A stretch of 64,000 bases of DNA from Botryllus schlosseri (lineage: Eukaryota): NCBI GenBank assembly GCA_051294905.1, contig CM119371.1, positions 38,380,001 through 38,444,000 on the forward strand, in the 5' to 3' direction. The notes beneath the pieces were generated by a model that made no database searches, was not told where the DNA came from, and was given only the letters and a program-made list of their open reading frames with translations. Each line of letters begins with the position of its first letter. The first letter of the stretch is position 1. The position numbers and the translations under genes were made by a program. Positions 1 to 13,651 of the stretch are shown here, one piece after another.

Positions 1-195
1 CCTTTGTGATCGTTGCCATGTACCCGAGATGGTGCACCATTTCATAATTGTATGTCCGGAATATCAATTTCATATTCACGTATTACATTATGTTTTGACG
101 TCATAATGAGTGATACTCGAATACTCGATTCGACTCAAAGCATAATAAGTGATTCAGAATCGACTCCCTCAGGTACTCGATTTTGCCCAGCCCTA

Positions 196-430
196 GTTGT
201 GGGTTCGAGTCCGACTGAGGTCGACTCCAGAATTCCTACCTAAGTGTTGGAGGTTTATTTAGGCTGCTCCTCGCCATCTCATCCATGTAAGCGGTGTCTT
301 TTAATAAGCCTAGAAGTGGACCGTGCTACAAGTCGGCAGCTACGGAATAAGAGTAAAGGAAAATTGGTCAGGTGTAAATGACCATAGTAGTCGACAAACA
401 CCATGAATACCAAAAACATACAACGGTAGA
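196..430 (+). mobile_element. tRNA-derived SINE family 1; head cut by a MITE ending at 195
   Basis: B box GGTTCGAGTCC then GAGGTCGACTCCAGAATTCCTAC, as in the 15.6-kb copy. Confidence 0.72.
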
Positions 431-1865
431 TCTGTCGACAAGAGCAGGCTCTGAAACATTTTAATGCCTGGTGTAAGATACAACTCATCGGCCGCTTACG
501 TTTAATTCAGTAATTTCTACTGTCCATTTCACACATAAAACGAGGATACCTAGACAGTTGAACCAGTATCACATTTATGTGCTCAAAATCAACGAGAACT
601 TTGCACGTTTGAGTAGTTTGAGCATTATATTGCGAATTTGAAAATAAAAGTTACATATTCTCGTAAGATCCCTTGATGCCAGTTGCACGAGCTACAAGCA
701 TAGAAGCACATTGATTTGTATTGTGCGACAAAACAGCTTTTAGATTCGATGCATAAATAAAGAGGCTCAATTCACAGTTCCCAATGTCTCTATGAGACAT
801 TGAACGTCGACACAATAGACCAAAGAGGGTTCGAAGGCAAAGAAGCGCGTGTAGGCCTATTCACTATCACGATGCATGCAAAAGTGGTATCAGTGCCAAG
901 TATGTTTGACTTTTAATCTGAAATCTACAATACGAGAAGATTCATTTGGCAAATTCAAACTTATGAAAAAGTTATTTAATTCCGCTTGATTCAACTTTAT
1001 ATAGCTGCTGATCACCATAACACTGATACTGAGAACATTCCTCAGACAAAGACTCTTCACAGAGAGAATCTTCTTCAACTGTTGCTAACAATTTTGAAGG
1101 CAACGGAATGGTGACATAGGGCCAATGAGGAACCGGCCGCATTGCGCAAGTCAAACTAGATATTGAATTTTATAATGCTTTTTGGTATTGAATAAAAAAA
1201 ACACATTTTTTTCCATGTCCATGTGGCTCTCTCCAAACCCTTGGCACAACAAATGCTAAAGATTTTTGTTTTCATATGCTTCATAGCCTCAATTTCGCTA
1301 TAATTTTCATTCAGTGTGCTGTGCATACCTCTTCTTTACATCGCCTAGGCTCCGGTTGGTGTCTGATTTCAAGGGCTACTCCAAGTCGTTTCGACACCTT
1401 CTAATATTCTCCTTGTATCGCAGTCTTGTGATGTTTTGAAAAAACGAAAATATCAATAAATTGATACTGATATCAAAAACTAGGGCTAGAATACTTACTT
1501 TTTACATGCTTATAAAAAGTTTAGTTTACTTTTACTTGGTAGAAATTGACGACATTACTTCTACTTCGACTTGAGTACCTATGCCAAGTACTTTGACCAG
1601 CTCTCATGACGTCACAATGGTTATAGCAATGACCCAACAGCAAGGAATAGGTCACATAAAACACACTGTTTTTAGCCCTGAAATGCAAAATTTCAAATCA
1701 CAGATTATAAAAAATCTTGAAGTGATGGAAATGAAGCGACTTCATATTCGTAATCAGCGTACGAAAATTGACTTACTAGTCATCATTTTGGCCAGAAAAC
1801 AAAGTCATGTTAACCAGTGTAATCTGCAGTCCGAGCCGGCTATAACATGAATGACCAGTGACCAC

Positions 1866-2435
1866 TAGGGCTGTTCAAGATTAACACTTTTCCGGATTCC
1901 GGGGATTTACAGCTTAAATTGCTAGGTTGCCTGACAAAACGCTGCACACCAAATTTGGCTTAATTCCAGCCAGTAAAAGCCGACGCAGTCAATTGAAATT
2001 TTGGAATTTATCATAAAAAACTTCATATTTTACTGTCAACCCCATCACATTTTTGGATTGTCTACAAAAACGATGCAAAACAATTTTGACGCAATTCCAA
2101 CTACTAAAAGCAAAGTTATTAGAGTTTATCATTCATAATTATGGGATTACCCACCGTCTATGGTATTTTTGCAAATTCACAACTTTCAATTGCAATAACT
2201 TCACTATTGCCGGTTGGAACTGGCACAATTGTTATGCATCGTTCTCTTAGGCGACTTAACAAATTCATGGCGTTGGCTGTACAATTTGAGAAATTCCAAG
2301 TTTTGATTGAACGCTGCCTCGTCTTTTACTGATTGAAATTGATCAAAATTTGGTTTGCAGCCTTTATTTTAGGCATCCCGACATTTCATCAGTGAATGCC
2401 CGGAATCCGGAAAATGTCCTTTTTGAACAACCCTA
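1866..2435. mobile_element. hAT-type MITE
   Basis: TIR TAGGG(C/T)TGTTCAA...TTCCGGATTCCGGG; TSD GTGACCAC/ATGACCAC. Confidence 0.85.
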
Positions 2436-3120
2436 ATGACCACAGTCACTCTTTATGACAGAGTCATAGTGCACAGATTTTCATAGCGTCGCAACAGATA
2501 CGCACTGAATCCATATGGATATGACTTATATAGGCTACTATTTATAACATGTAGCTGCTAATAGACCCTTCGAGATGTAGAGGGAGAGAGGCAAAGGCAC
2601 TCGTATAGTCCTGTCATTTCCAAGATGTCACGTGTCTTTGCTGCTCATGCAAGCGGAATTCAACAAGGTTAATGATCACACTGCATAAATATCGAGCCTT
2701 GATGAATGATTCGCTTCACTTTCACATCATCATGTGATTCAGGGATTAAAAAATGTAGGAGATGGTACGGAATGGAACCAGTCAATAGTAGATAGATGGA
2801 GACATCTTAAATTGATCGTTCCGTAATCTCTGCCTAATTGTTTGAGTTGTATTGAGTTAGTTTCCTCTCAATACCGTGGTTGATGACGTGCTTATGGAAA
2901 CTGTTATCAATAAGATTTTCCAGATATTGTTCAATATACAATTTAATAGTATATTCATATTGAAATGTTCCCGAATATTGTTCAGCGTGAGCTGTAGAGA
3001 TCCAATAGACCACGAAATGACTTACTTGTCCCGGTTTTAGACGCGTCCAATGTTCATATTGCACCAAATACCGCTGTCTCATTTGATCATTTTTGCTTTA
3101 TGTGTATGATATGTAAATAG

Positions 3121-4338
3121 TAGGGATGGTGTGAACCTCTGAAAGGTTCAGGTTCGTGTGAACGCGAACCTTTTTGAAAGGTTCTGTGTGAACACGAACG
3201 TGAACCTCATGACGTCCCGTGACGTCATATTGCTAATTCCAACCCTATCTTTCAATGAAGTGATAGCCTATGTCACGGTGGTTTATTTCGTTATGGCTCA
3301 TCCTTTGCCACCTCGAGCACTTTGCGGTGCACGTGCATTTATATGTGGAGTGACGCGATGGAGGTCGTCTGTTTTGATGTTGTTGTAATACTGGTTTGCT
3401 GATATTTGTTGTTCTATTATCTTATCAGGGTTTCGAGAGATTTTTTAACGTCATCAAATAATATATTCATCCATTTGGTGTTCTTGTTTGGTGTCAGTTG
3501 GGAAACAGAAGAAAGCCAGCTTAATACAATCGTCGACATTTTTGGAGACGACAGCCTATATTAATGTACGTATTGTACATGTACGCACACGATACCTAGC
3601 GACGACTCGGGTCACATAATCCCATAATGCGGAAGTATATATTGGCGTTTTAAACGTCGCTGAATGTATCAACTGAGGCAATCAAATGATATATTACTTC
3701 CATAAAATCAATATTATCCGTCGCTTTGCCAACAACTTCGACGAGGACTTACCAGGGAATATAAGAAACACCTTAACGGCCGGACAATGTATTCGGCGTC
3801 GGAGTATTGCTACATTGATTTTGAGCAGAGTGTAAAACAGGGTTTCTATGCTTGCTACCGATATTATCCCATTAATAAGTTATACAGCAATAGCTAAAAC
3901 CCCCCATAAACATATGAAGTCAAGATTGATTGGTTGAATAAGCATCATTCGCTGACTACTATAAGTGTATTTCGCTCGTGACGTTGTGTGATTGCGAGTC
4001 GAGCTCACAGCAGAGAGTCGCTAAATATTCACAATTGGAAAGCTGAATATTTGGAGCAAACTTTTGTAACAAAGCAAGTAAAATCTTTGAGACTGCCAAG
4101 GTGCATATTCGTTTTGTGTTGAATTTTTCTGCTGCCAGCGCCATGCATAGAGGGACTGGCCCGCAGTTGAAATGCAATAAATTCGTACCAAAGATGTCAT
4201 AATAAAGTAAAAATTGTAATATATTAAAAAAGTTCACAGTGCAGAACCTATCAAGGTACTGTTGTGGACGCGAACCTCTGAATTTCCGAGGTTCACACAC
4301 AGAACGCGAACGTGAACCTCACGTTCACACCATCCCTA
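3121..4338 (+). mobile_element. Non-autonomous hAT element (MITE)
   Basis: TIR TAGGGATGGTGTGAAC, subterminal GAAC/GTTC repeats, perfect 8-bp TSD GTAAATAG. Confidence 0.9.
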
Positions 4339-5721
4339 GTAAATAGATGGTTTTCGTGTTTAGTGTTTCAATTGCGTACACTTGATATAACATTATTTTT
4401 CAGGGGTACCCCATTCACGAAGATAAATCCCAACGGGTACGCACACAAAACGTAAGGTAAACCTTTCGCTTACTAGTCATACGCTAATATTTACATTTCA
4501 AAACATAACACTGGTAAACAAAATGAAAAAAAAATTGGCAGAACATCTAGGAGCCGTTTCTGGGATTTTCAAGGTTGCTGATTAAGAATATCATATTATA
4601 GTTTTGCAATATTGGCTCTAGAAAAGAAGATATTTTTACCCCTAAAAAGAATAAAATCACTGTATTTACCCTGGAATATTTCACTTGGTAGGAAGTAAAT
4701 CTTTGAATTTTCTACTTTTATACTGCGCATAAATATGCAATTGACTATGATGAACACTCATGTCGTTCTCAGTTATTCCATCAATTTTAACATGACCTGA
4801 TAGGAGAACTTTGTTTGGAAAAGCAGTTTGTCAAGCCTAAAAATTGTACTCTTGCACAATGGAAATATATTTTCTCCTGAACCAATTGGTCATTCTACCA
4901 AGATGAAAGAGGAGTATAAAGTTATCAAGTTTGTACCTGGAAAGCTGAACTAAAAGACTTATATGCGCTTCCTCTCTTTTCACTTGTAAATGGATAATTT
5001 TCCGTAAAGCCAACAAAGTGGGTATACCTAATATCCATATCAAACGAGAAGCTTAAATCTGGAATCTTTGATGTTACACAGGTTCGAATACGGACTAAGG
5101 ATTACAATATCATATTAAGAAAGGTGCTCACTGCATGGAATTCTTCTAGGATGTGGGAAAGAAATTTTTTGGAAGATCACAAAGCACCTAACTACAAACA
5201 GTTGGTCTTAGAATTGGTATCTGCATATGGAAACCTTGGAGCAAACATGAGTATTAAATATCTTTTCCTGTTCATTCATTTCGATATATTTTCTGATAAT
5301 ATTGTTGATTAGAGGGAATAGAAAGGGGAAAGGTTCCTCCAATGTATCAAAACAACAAGAGAAGATATCAGCGAAGATGCGACAAACATATTATGGCAGA
5401 CTACTGCGGTAACCCTTCGAAAAACTGCACAAAATAGCTTACAACCGAAAATAGTACAATAACCAATTTTGCTTTAAGATAAGTTATTGATATTATATTC
5501 CAACTTATCATTTTGAATTTAAAATAGGGGTTAAAACTGATTCCGTTAATGCAACGTTATTTGAGTTTTTAGGTAAATACTTATATACATGATTGAAGTT
5601 CATTTATTTATTTATATCCGTGAAAGTCTCTAATTATGATAAATCGAATACCCTGAAATATAATTCTGTTGATGTATTTTGATTTAAAACAGTCTTCAGC
5701 GTGTCAAAATAACAAGTAGAT

Positions 5722-8260
5722 CAGAGGTCTCAAACTCAAATGTGCTCGCGGACCAATTTCCTGGATTTTGACGGCGCCGCGGGCCGCACCACCAATAAAT
5801 AATAGCGGTATTAAATGTATTTGTGATAGGGCGCTATTTAGCGGGACCTTGTAAACTGGCATTTCACACACATCGTGGAAATATGATTTACTATTGTGAA
5901 TTCGCGCCTAACACGTAAAAATTAATTTTTTAAATGTTTGAATAAAATTGTTGTTGAACTTGACATAGTTTGTCAAAATAATTAGTTATAGACACCGTGT
6001 GATCGCATAAATTCATCACGACATCGTAAAAGCTGTCGCGTTATAATTTAGTAGTCATTTGACGTGCCACAATATTATGTAGAATTGTAGGCCTCGTTAG
6101 AATATTTTGGAATCGAACAAAGATTGATCTAATATCAGAGCATAGAAGCAGCATAGCCGGATCTGGGCCTCCGGCATACTCCGGATAACCAGGCTGTTGA
6201 TCGTGTCATTACCAATAATGTCAAATTAAATCTGCGTTAGATTTACCTTCGAATATTGGAACAGGGCATAGTAATCGAAATGTCCAATCGCTGGAGAATC
6301 TATTGGTGTAAGAGCTGTGGAGCGTATCACCATCTTACTCGCCACCTTTGATTGGCGATAATAACATCGATCAAGAGACTTAAGATGACGCAGGATGTTA
6401 ACTTACTGTACAGCAGGGGGCAACAGAATGCTAATGGTTGTCATACCGGCCTGCTGAGCTAGCTAAATACGCTACGCAACACAAGCTACATATTTCTATT
6501 CCCCATTACAGTCTGATAGTTTGTTGCCTCCGTGGTTGTATACCAAGTCGCGGCGTTCCGAGTCACAAGTCCTTATTTGATTGTAACGTTCGACCCGACT
6601 CTATTCGAGTCATTTTTATTTTGTCACCCATTCAGCCAGATTTCGAATACGCTAATTCTACAAAAGTTCGTTCCCAAGTCCAAGTCACAATTTGCAGTCC
6701 TAAATCATCAGCAGGTCAAGTTTTCCCGATCATAAACAGGGTATGTGATGTAGTCAGCACCGTAACTGCCGCACCCCAAACCCCCCAATTGGGGGGGGGC
6801 CGAGCTCGAAGGGGGCCCAAAATTATTTCGTGAATTAGCATAAATCATAGAGTATTTTTTGAAAATTTATGGAATTTTTTCAAAATTTGTTTCGCTGCGC
6901 GCGAATTCAAGTAGCCGTTTATCTTTATTATTGGGTATTGGGGCTTTACCGCGCCACGACTCACCAAGAAATACAATCAAGTTTTAGGCCATATATAACA
7001 TGCGACTCGAAAAAGTGTGCCAGAACGATCGGCAGCGAGAAAACCTTGGCCGAAAAGGTCTATGCCCTTATGCTGACCGAAGACTTCGTTACATATACAA
7101 AATACAGATAGGTTTAATTGTCCATAGGCGCCTAAATGACTGGCGCCGAATGCTCATGTCTTTGCAATCTGAACCTCACAAGACAAATACCATCCCGCTG
7201 TGAAAAATTTTATGCCAGTGAAGAAATACCAATTTGAAATCGTGTGCGTCTCTCAGTTTAGAGGCATACGTTTGGGCGATTCTATATTTTTTTGATATAG
7301 CAGACTGGAAGTCACGAAATAACATCATGTAACGAAGTCATATCAACGGGTCCGCCCGCCCGAATATGTTTAATTATTATTGACGGGCCCTCCCGTTTTC
7401 AAGACACTTCACTCAGCTCTACCAGTAAATCTAATTACGTAAGTAGAGAGGACAATAAATTGATAGCATAATATATATGCAATCGCCGATCTGATTGACC
7501 GATTTTATCATAAATTATCGGAAATTTTCGCGCTTCGCGCTCTACTCACAATACAGTACAGATGATTTCGTGACAAACGCGAAGAACGTGATGGGGGGTC
7601 GTTTTATCACCCTATGGGAGCCCCAGACCCATGTTTTTGGGGGCCTGACGAGGTGCTGTTTCGTTCCTGCCAACGGGTATACGCCCGAAGATGTTTAATT
7701 ATTATTGGGTGGTCCTACTTTTTCAAACACACCTCACTCAGCTCTATCGGCAAATCTGATTACGTGGGCAGAGAGAAGATAAAAATTGATAACAATATAT
7801 ATATATGCAATTCCCAATCATACTGACCGATTCAATCATGAATTCCAGAAATTTTGCACGCTTTGCGCGCTTACGCCACAAACGCTCATTCAACAAACAA
7901 ACCCCCAACGAATATGACAGATAGCTGTAAACAGTGTATCGCCGGAGGGGGGTCTGGGGGGCGAAGCCCCCCATAAGTTCGGCCTATAACCCTATGGGGG
8001 GCCCAAGACCAAAGTTTTGGGGGGGGCCTGACGAAGTGCTGTTACGGCCCTGGATGTAGTAGCTGATCTTCCACTGCAGGCCAACTTTTGTGAGTGATGT
8101 GATAGTGAAGCGTGTAATGAGTAGTTTTAGAGCGAATTTAAAGTTCTCAAATGTAAAAGAAAGATATGTGGCGGTTAAATATAGTCGAATCTTTCAAAAT
8201 CCAAAATGTCGACGCGGGTCGCACAAAATGAACAGGCGGGCCTCGTGTTTCAGACCTCTG
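5722..8260. mobile_element. Non-autonomous hAT element (nested in 4509-8483)
   Basis: TIR CAGAGGTCT; perfect TSD AAGTAGAT. Confidence 0.88.
6755..8052. mobile_element. hAT MITE nested in 5722-8260, with an internal tandem duplication of about 330 bp
   Basis: TIR CAG(CA/GG)CCGTAAC; perfect TSD GATGTAGT. Confidence 0.87.
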
Positions 8261-8734
8261 AAGTAGATTGAATCTCTGATCTTTATAGTACGACTAAGCC
8301 GATTTTTTATTTAGCCCATACAGCGAAAATATAAGATCTTAGTCAAAATTGCCCCATGGATTATCTCCAAAAATATAGCCAATTTGAAAAAACTAAAGTC
8401 ATATTCGGAATCAGTGCCTTTGAGAATGAGGACCCCCTAAACCACTCTTACTTTGCCCGCCTAAAACTATGCGTTGACCAGTGTAATTTTACTGAAATGG
8501 CAGATCTTGACGCAACTTCATGAGTAATGTGTACAGTACACTATTTACAATTCAGTTTTGGGATTGTAAATTCACATGCCTGCATTTTATAACAGTTTGA
8601 CTTTGTGGGTTCGCTAATCCCATACGGTTACGAAGGTCTCTTGCCACTGAGATCCGCTTATCATCCGATTCACTTTTCAGTTTTCTATTCGCTTGGGGAT
8701 TAAATCAACGTCATTGGTTCTGTACTCAACCGAG

Positions 8735-9906
8735 ATGCTATTCGTTGCGAGTTTTTACTTTCTTTTGGCCCCAATCGTCGCTGAAGGTTAGTGTGACATA
8801 TGAATCCTTCGATGAAGTCTTCTTTTACAATAGCTCCTTCATTTCAGTCACGCCGAATGGGCGGATACGCAGACATGTATTGGTAAGTCTCCTTGTGTGA
8901 GCGAAGATAAGTCAACTTTCGAATGTGATTTAAAATTTTCGATGTGTTACTTCAGTACTGGCCTGCTCCTATGTACAGGGCGTTCCCAAGAATTATTCAG
9001 GTGTATTATCCAACACCTGTTCGTAAACGACAGAGCGGCGTTAATCGGATCGTACGTTCGTATCTGTGGGCGCAAGCGCTCCGCGGTGAGTAGACACTCG
9101 AACTTCAGGCTGATGATTCGGGCAAGGCTTATGTAGCCATTCATTTTATTGTTCAGAATGTCTTGAATTGACGGAGAAAATAAAATTAGGATATATCTCA
9201 CATCCATACGGCTATCTAGAGTCCAGTTACATTTTGCGCAGGTCTGCTTTCTCCAGCGACGGCTACGGAAGAGACGACCCAAGCGTCAGCGACGACGACA
9301 ACAACTACCTTTACCACAACCACTGAATCGCCATTTCCGGTTTGTATCAGCCTTGGAAAACTACCTAATTTTATTGTTCCACAGACTAATTAAAGAGAAA
9401 TGCCGATAGTTCTAATCTAGATGGTGAAATGACGCTATGCTCCAATTTCAATTCCAATCTAATTTCCGGTTGTCCTAAAATACTACCGGAGAGCGGCATA
9501 TAGTGCGAAAAGAGCCAGGCTTGGTGTATAGACACTTCTAGTTCACAAGTTCATGAGAATGTAATTGGATTTGGGTTGAACAGGACTTGATTTCTTTCAA
9601 ATTGAGAAATTTTTGTATACGCTCTAATTCTAATATATTTTGGAAAATCTTAAATTCTCGAATTGTCCAACATTCGAAGACGCGATTCTGTTTGATTTCA
9701 CGACAGCATATCCTCAAACGGTATGTTCAAAATCTGAAAAGACGCTCCGATGTCGCAGGAAGCGTTTCGAGATTGGGCGGAGTACAAAGGATGCCACTAT
9801 CAGATCGGAAAGGGGCAGCTCTCATTTGAGGACGCTTTTGTGACATGTCTCGGACTATAGGTGCCTCACTGGCTCATAAGAACGTCAGGACAGTGGATGA
9901 TTGTCA
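8735..9906 (+). pseudogene. Secreted propeptide / Thr-rich stalk / C-type lectin domain gene, copy A (frameshifted, 3' exons not found)
   Basis: Exons 8735-8786 (MLFVASFYFLLAPIVAE), 8848-8882, 8956-9085, 9242-9339 (Thr-rich), 9759-9906 (EAFRDWAEYKGCHYQIGKGQLSFEDAFVTCLGL/GASLAH, CTLD N-terminal pattern). A 2-nt insertion creates TAG at 9858. Confidence 0.68.
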
Positions 9907-10577
9907 GTGAGTAATGATCTGCGTGATGGTCTGTGACGACTCGAGTCATGACGCGAGTTGAGACGGACTTTAGTCACAATTTTCCGTTGACTCTATTGAT
10001 TCGAGTCATTTTCTTAAAATGGGATAATGACTCGACCAAGTACTGTGACTCAACACAATCGATATGACTTGTTCCGAGTATCGTGTAGAACAGTGGTTCT
10101 CAACCGGGGTCCACGAGACCTTCAAATATGCAAAATGATTGATGACCAAATTTGTATTTTTTCAATTAGGTAAATCACGAGACAAATTCCCTTCATAACT
10201 AGTAAAACTTCACGACTCATATTACCACAATGGCTGTCGGAAATGAAATATCCTACTGTGCAAACTCATTTTAATTGATAAATTCACAGCAGCTTAATGA
10301 TACACACATATCTTGCTATTTGAAGATGCTTTGTCGGGGTTGAGAAAATATAAAAAGTTAGGGTAGTAAGGTCAATCAGGGGGACTTCGAAAGATTACAA
10401 GTTGTCAGTGTCAGCAAACTGGGGAGCAGTCGCTAGAAGTGGAAGTTTTTTTAACCGTTTTCTTCTGAAATATACATAACCACTATTCAAGAATAACTTT
10501 AAGACGAGCTGCTAGATAAACATGGCTCGGCTGAACGTTCATTCAAAAATCTGTTTCTCAATTTTGATGCCTTAAGG

Positions 10578-11951
10578 CAGGGGTTCTCTTGGGGGGCGCG
10601 GGAGGCTCTCAGGGGAGCGAGAAAAATTGACGAAGTCAGTATAGGGGGGCGGGCGCGAGAAATTGACAAAGTCAGTATAAATTGTACGTGTCTGAAGCTG
10701 AACATGTGTTTCGCATCCATTATGAGAAGACGATTTATGAAGATGAAATTTATTCCATATTCAGGAAAGTTTGCAAAATACAAACTCTAGCAACCGCGCT
10801 CAACGGAGTATAGTCTGATTTCAACTTCATTTGAGCAAGTTTTTGAAATTCTTTGGAGATATAGAGAGCAATTCCCACGTGTAAGTCATTTATTGCTTCA
10901 TAGCTTGTTTATTGCTTCATAGCTTTGACAGTAGCCTAAACCTTGTCGCGCCGGGCCGCTCTTGTTAGTAGCTTGCGAACTGCACTGCCTAAGACAGACT
11001 TAGATGCAACATAGGTTGCCCGGTTTCGCCCTCAATTAGGCTACTCTAAATCAATACAACTTAATTAATTTCCAAAACTGATCAAATTTAGCCTGGCAGG
11101 ACGGAACGACGCCTTGCTCTCTGTACTCACTACCAGCATCAGGATTAGTCTCTGGGTGACCTACCATGAAATTAATTAATGGATGTCAGTTGTTCAATGT
11201 TTTTTTGTTATTTTCAAACAAGTTTGGAGAAATTTGTCAGCAATGTAAAAGACTCAACAACTGGAATGCAGATTTAAAATTGGCGTAAGATAGACCTTAT
11301 GTATACTATTAGATCAGGGGTGGGCAGCCTGCGGCCGTAGAAGGGAATTGGAGCGGCCGTCGACGCCTATTTCAATTAGTATGTGTTGGCGGCCGTAGAC
11401 ATGCAAATTGCAATTACGAATTCACTCCCGCATTTCCGAGAGATTTTAATTAATCTTGAAATTTTCTTCGCCCTCTGCGCAATTCAACAAGACTTCATTT
11501 TTCGATTTTAATGCAGTAGCGCCCTTCTTAATCTGAGCCGGAATGGGAACTGGCAAGAAATAACAATTCGTTCGCGGCCCTGAAAAATTTTCGCGCACCG
11601 CGCGACAATATGCACCTCCCGGCAACTATTCATAACATTACCACTCGCGATTTCGGTGCGTACAATAGGCCATTGTGAAAAGTAGATGTCCGGAGTTCAC
11701 CGGGAATGGATATGGACAGTTTACCATAGGTATTTTGCGTCCAGATCGTTCATTGCGGCAATGCCCTGGAATGCGGCCTTACGCTACATAAGCAATCGAA
11801 AAGCGGCCATGATTATCAAAAACGTTGCCCACCTCTGTATTAGATGATGTGCTCTTTTTGACATGACGATAAATGCAAGGGGGTCAGGGGGGCGCGAATT
11901 TTTTGACCATCTCCAAGGGGGGCGCGTGTCAAAAAAGGTTGAGAGCCACTG
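10578..11951. mobile_element. hAT MITE (second level of nest)
   Basis: CAGGGGTTCTC...GAGAGCCACTG; perfect TSD CCTTAAGG. Confidence 0.87.
11315..11837. mobile_element. hAT MITE (third level of nest)
   Basis: CAGGGGTGGGCA...TGCCCACCTCTG; perfect TSD TATTAGAT. Confidence 0.88.
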
Positions 11952-12473
11952 CCTTAAGGTGTTGTCGGAACAGTTACGAGTTAATATTACATTCGTCACT
12001 ACCTATCTTTGTGGAAATGGATTTTATGCACTCGTTCATATCAAATCAAGAGCGCGGCTTTGCAAGACACGGCCACTTATTTTATTAAATTCACCTGCAG
12101 AATTCGATTGAAAAAAAAACTTGAAAAAAAAAACGCAACTATTTTTAAGGCCTTCGTTTAAAACACTGTTTTAAACAAAGTCTCTTAAAACACCGTTTGT
12201 TTTAAATGCAAACCTAGATAAAAGACAGTTTGGGAGCCTATTTTTAGAGGATCGTTCATTCCATACGAGACTTGAATCAAGTCATATATAATGTCTAGTG
12301 ACATGACGGAGTCAATACGCAGAATGACTTAAGTAGAGTCGAGTCATTTTTCCTTCCCAAGAAATGACCCGAATCAAGTGGAGTCAACAAAAAATTGCAA
12401 CTCGACTCCGCCTCAACTCGAGTCCTGACTCGAGTCATTAGAACCCTGTGAACACCATGTAAGCATTACTTAC

Positions 12474-13651
12474 TGACGATCAACGTCGGTTCTGACGTTT
12501 TTATGGGCAAGTGTGGCACCTAGTCCGGAACATGCCGTACCACCTTCATCAACTGAAGCCATTTCCTCTCCGACCTCAAAACGGCATCCTTTGTACTCCG
12601 CCCAATCTTGATACTCTGCCTGCGACATCGGAACGTTTTGTGAGATTTCGAGCCTGCGCTTTGAGGCCGTGCTATTTGGAAATTAGACAGACTCGTGACT
12701 TCAAGTCACTGACTTGAAATGTTCATTCTACAAATCACAGTGGGACAACTCGAGAATTTCTGACTTTCTAAAATCGACGAAAATTTGAATAAGAAAATCC
12801 GCACAAACTTTGAAATGTAACCAAGTCATGTTCATATCAAATCAGAGCTCATTTCATGCACTTGAAAATTGCAAATATCTCTGACCCATGCCAGACTCGT
12901 TTTCATTATGTTGCTCTCTGGAAATTAGATTAGAATTGAAATAAGAGCACATAGCGTCATTTCACAAACTAAATTAAAATTACCGCTATTTCGTTCACGA
13001 TATTGAAACAATTATATTTATACATTTTTCCAAGGCTTCTACAAACCGGAAACGGTGATTCAGTAGTCGTGGTAACGGTCGTCGTTGCTGTCGTCGTCGC
13101 TGGCGCTAGGTTGTATCTTCTGTAGCCTTCGCTGCAGGAAGAAGACCTGCACAAAATGCAACTGGACTCTAGATAGCCGTATGGATGTGAGATATATGTT
13201 AATTGTATTTTCTCTGTCGTTTCACGACATTTTGACGGATAAATTGAATAACTCTATCGCCCTTGCTCGAATCATTAGCCTTAAGTTTGAGTGCCTACTC
13301 ACCGAGGAGCGCTCGCGCCCACAGATACGAACGTACGATCCGGTTCACGCCGCTCTGTCGTCTACGAATAGGTGTTTCATAATATACCTGAGGGATTCTT
13401 GGGATCGCCCGGTACATATGAGTATGCCAGTACTAAAATAACGCATTGAAAGTTTTCAATCACATACGACAGTTGACTTAGCTCCGCTCACACGTGGAGA
13501 CTTACTAATACATGCCTGCGTATCCGCCCATTCGGGGTGACTGAAATGAAAGGGGTATTGTAAAAGATGACAATTGATTGATTCACACGTCACACTCGCC
13601 TTCAACGAAGATAAGCGCCAAAAGAAATACAAAACTCGCAACGAATCGCAT
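12474..13651 (-). pseudogene. Copy B of the same lectin-like gene (inverted paralogue; stop/frameshift in the Thr-rich exon)
   Basis: Exons 13651-13600 (GC donor), 13540-13506, 13432-13303, 13146-13047 (1-nt deletion, TAG at 13108-13106), 12619-12474 (DWAEYKGCRFEVGEEMASVDEGGTACSGLGATLAH). Exons 1-3 are the same sizes as in copy A; exons 4 and 5 differ only by the indels. Confidence 0.68.

Larger units (their letters stand above)
4509..8483 (+). mobile_element. Decayed DNA transposon with TAA TSD (probably Tc1/mariner m44-like), interrupted by nested hAT elements
   Basis: Ends CACTGGT(A/C)AAC...GTTGACCAGTG, with TAA on both sides. Transposase relic at about 5120-5410: KAPNYKQLV...LGANMSIK...GERF...RYQ...MADYC. 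The superfamily label comes from recall. Confidence 0.7.
10091..12240 (+). mobile_element. Buster/Charlie-type hAT deletion derivative hosting nested MITEs
   Basis: Starts CAGTGGTTCTCAAC; hAT C-terminal relic FVTTYLCGNGFYALVHIKSRAR at about 11990-12057; similar to 28324-29717. Right end approximate. Confidence 0.65.

Noticed and set aside
7640..8040. CTGACGA heptamers at about 7645 and 8028 as hammerheads
   Set aside because: No downstream GAAA...TH or stem I pairing.
8897..9282. ORF-track proteins at 8897-9282 and 13085-13441
   Set aside because: Wrong-frame or antisense readings across introns of the duplicated lectin-like gene.
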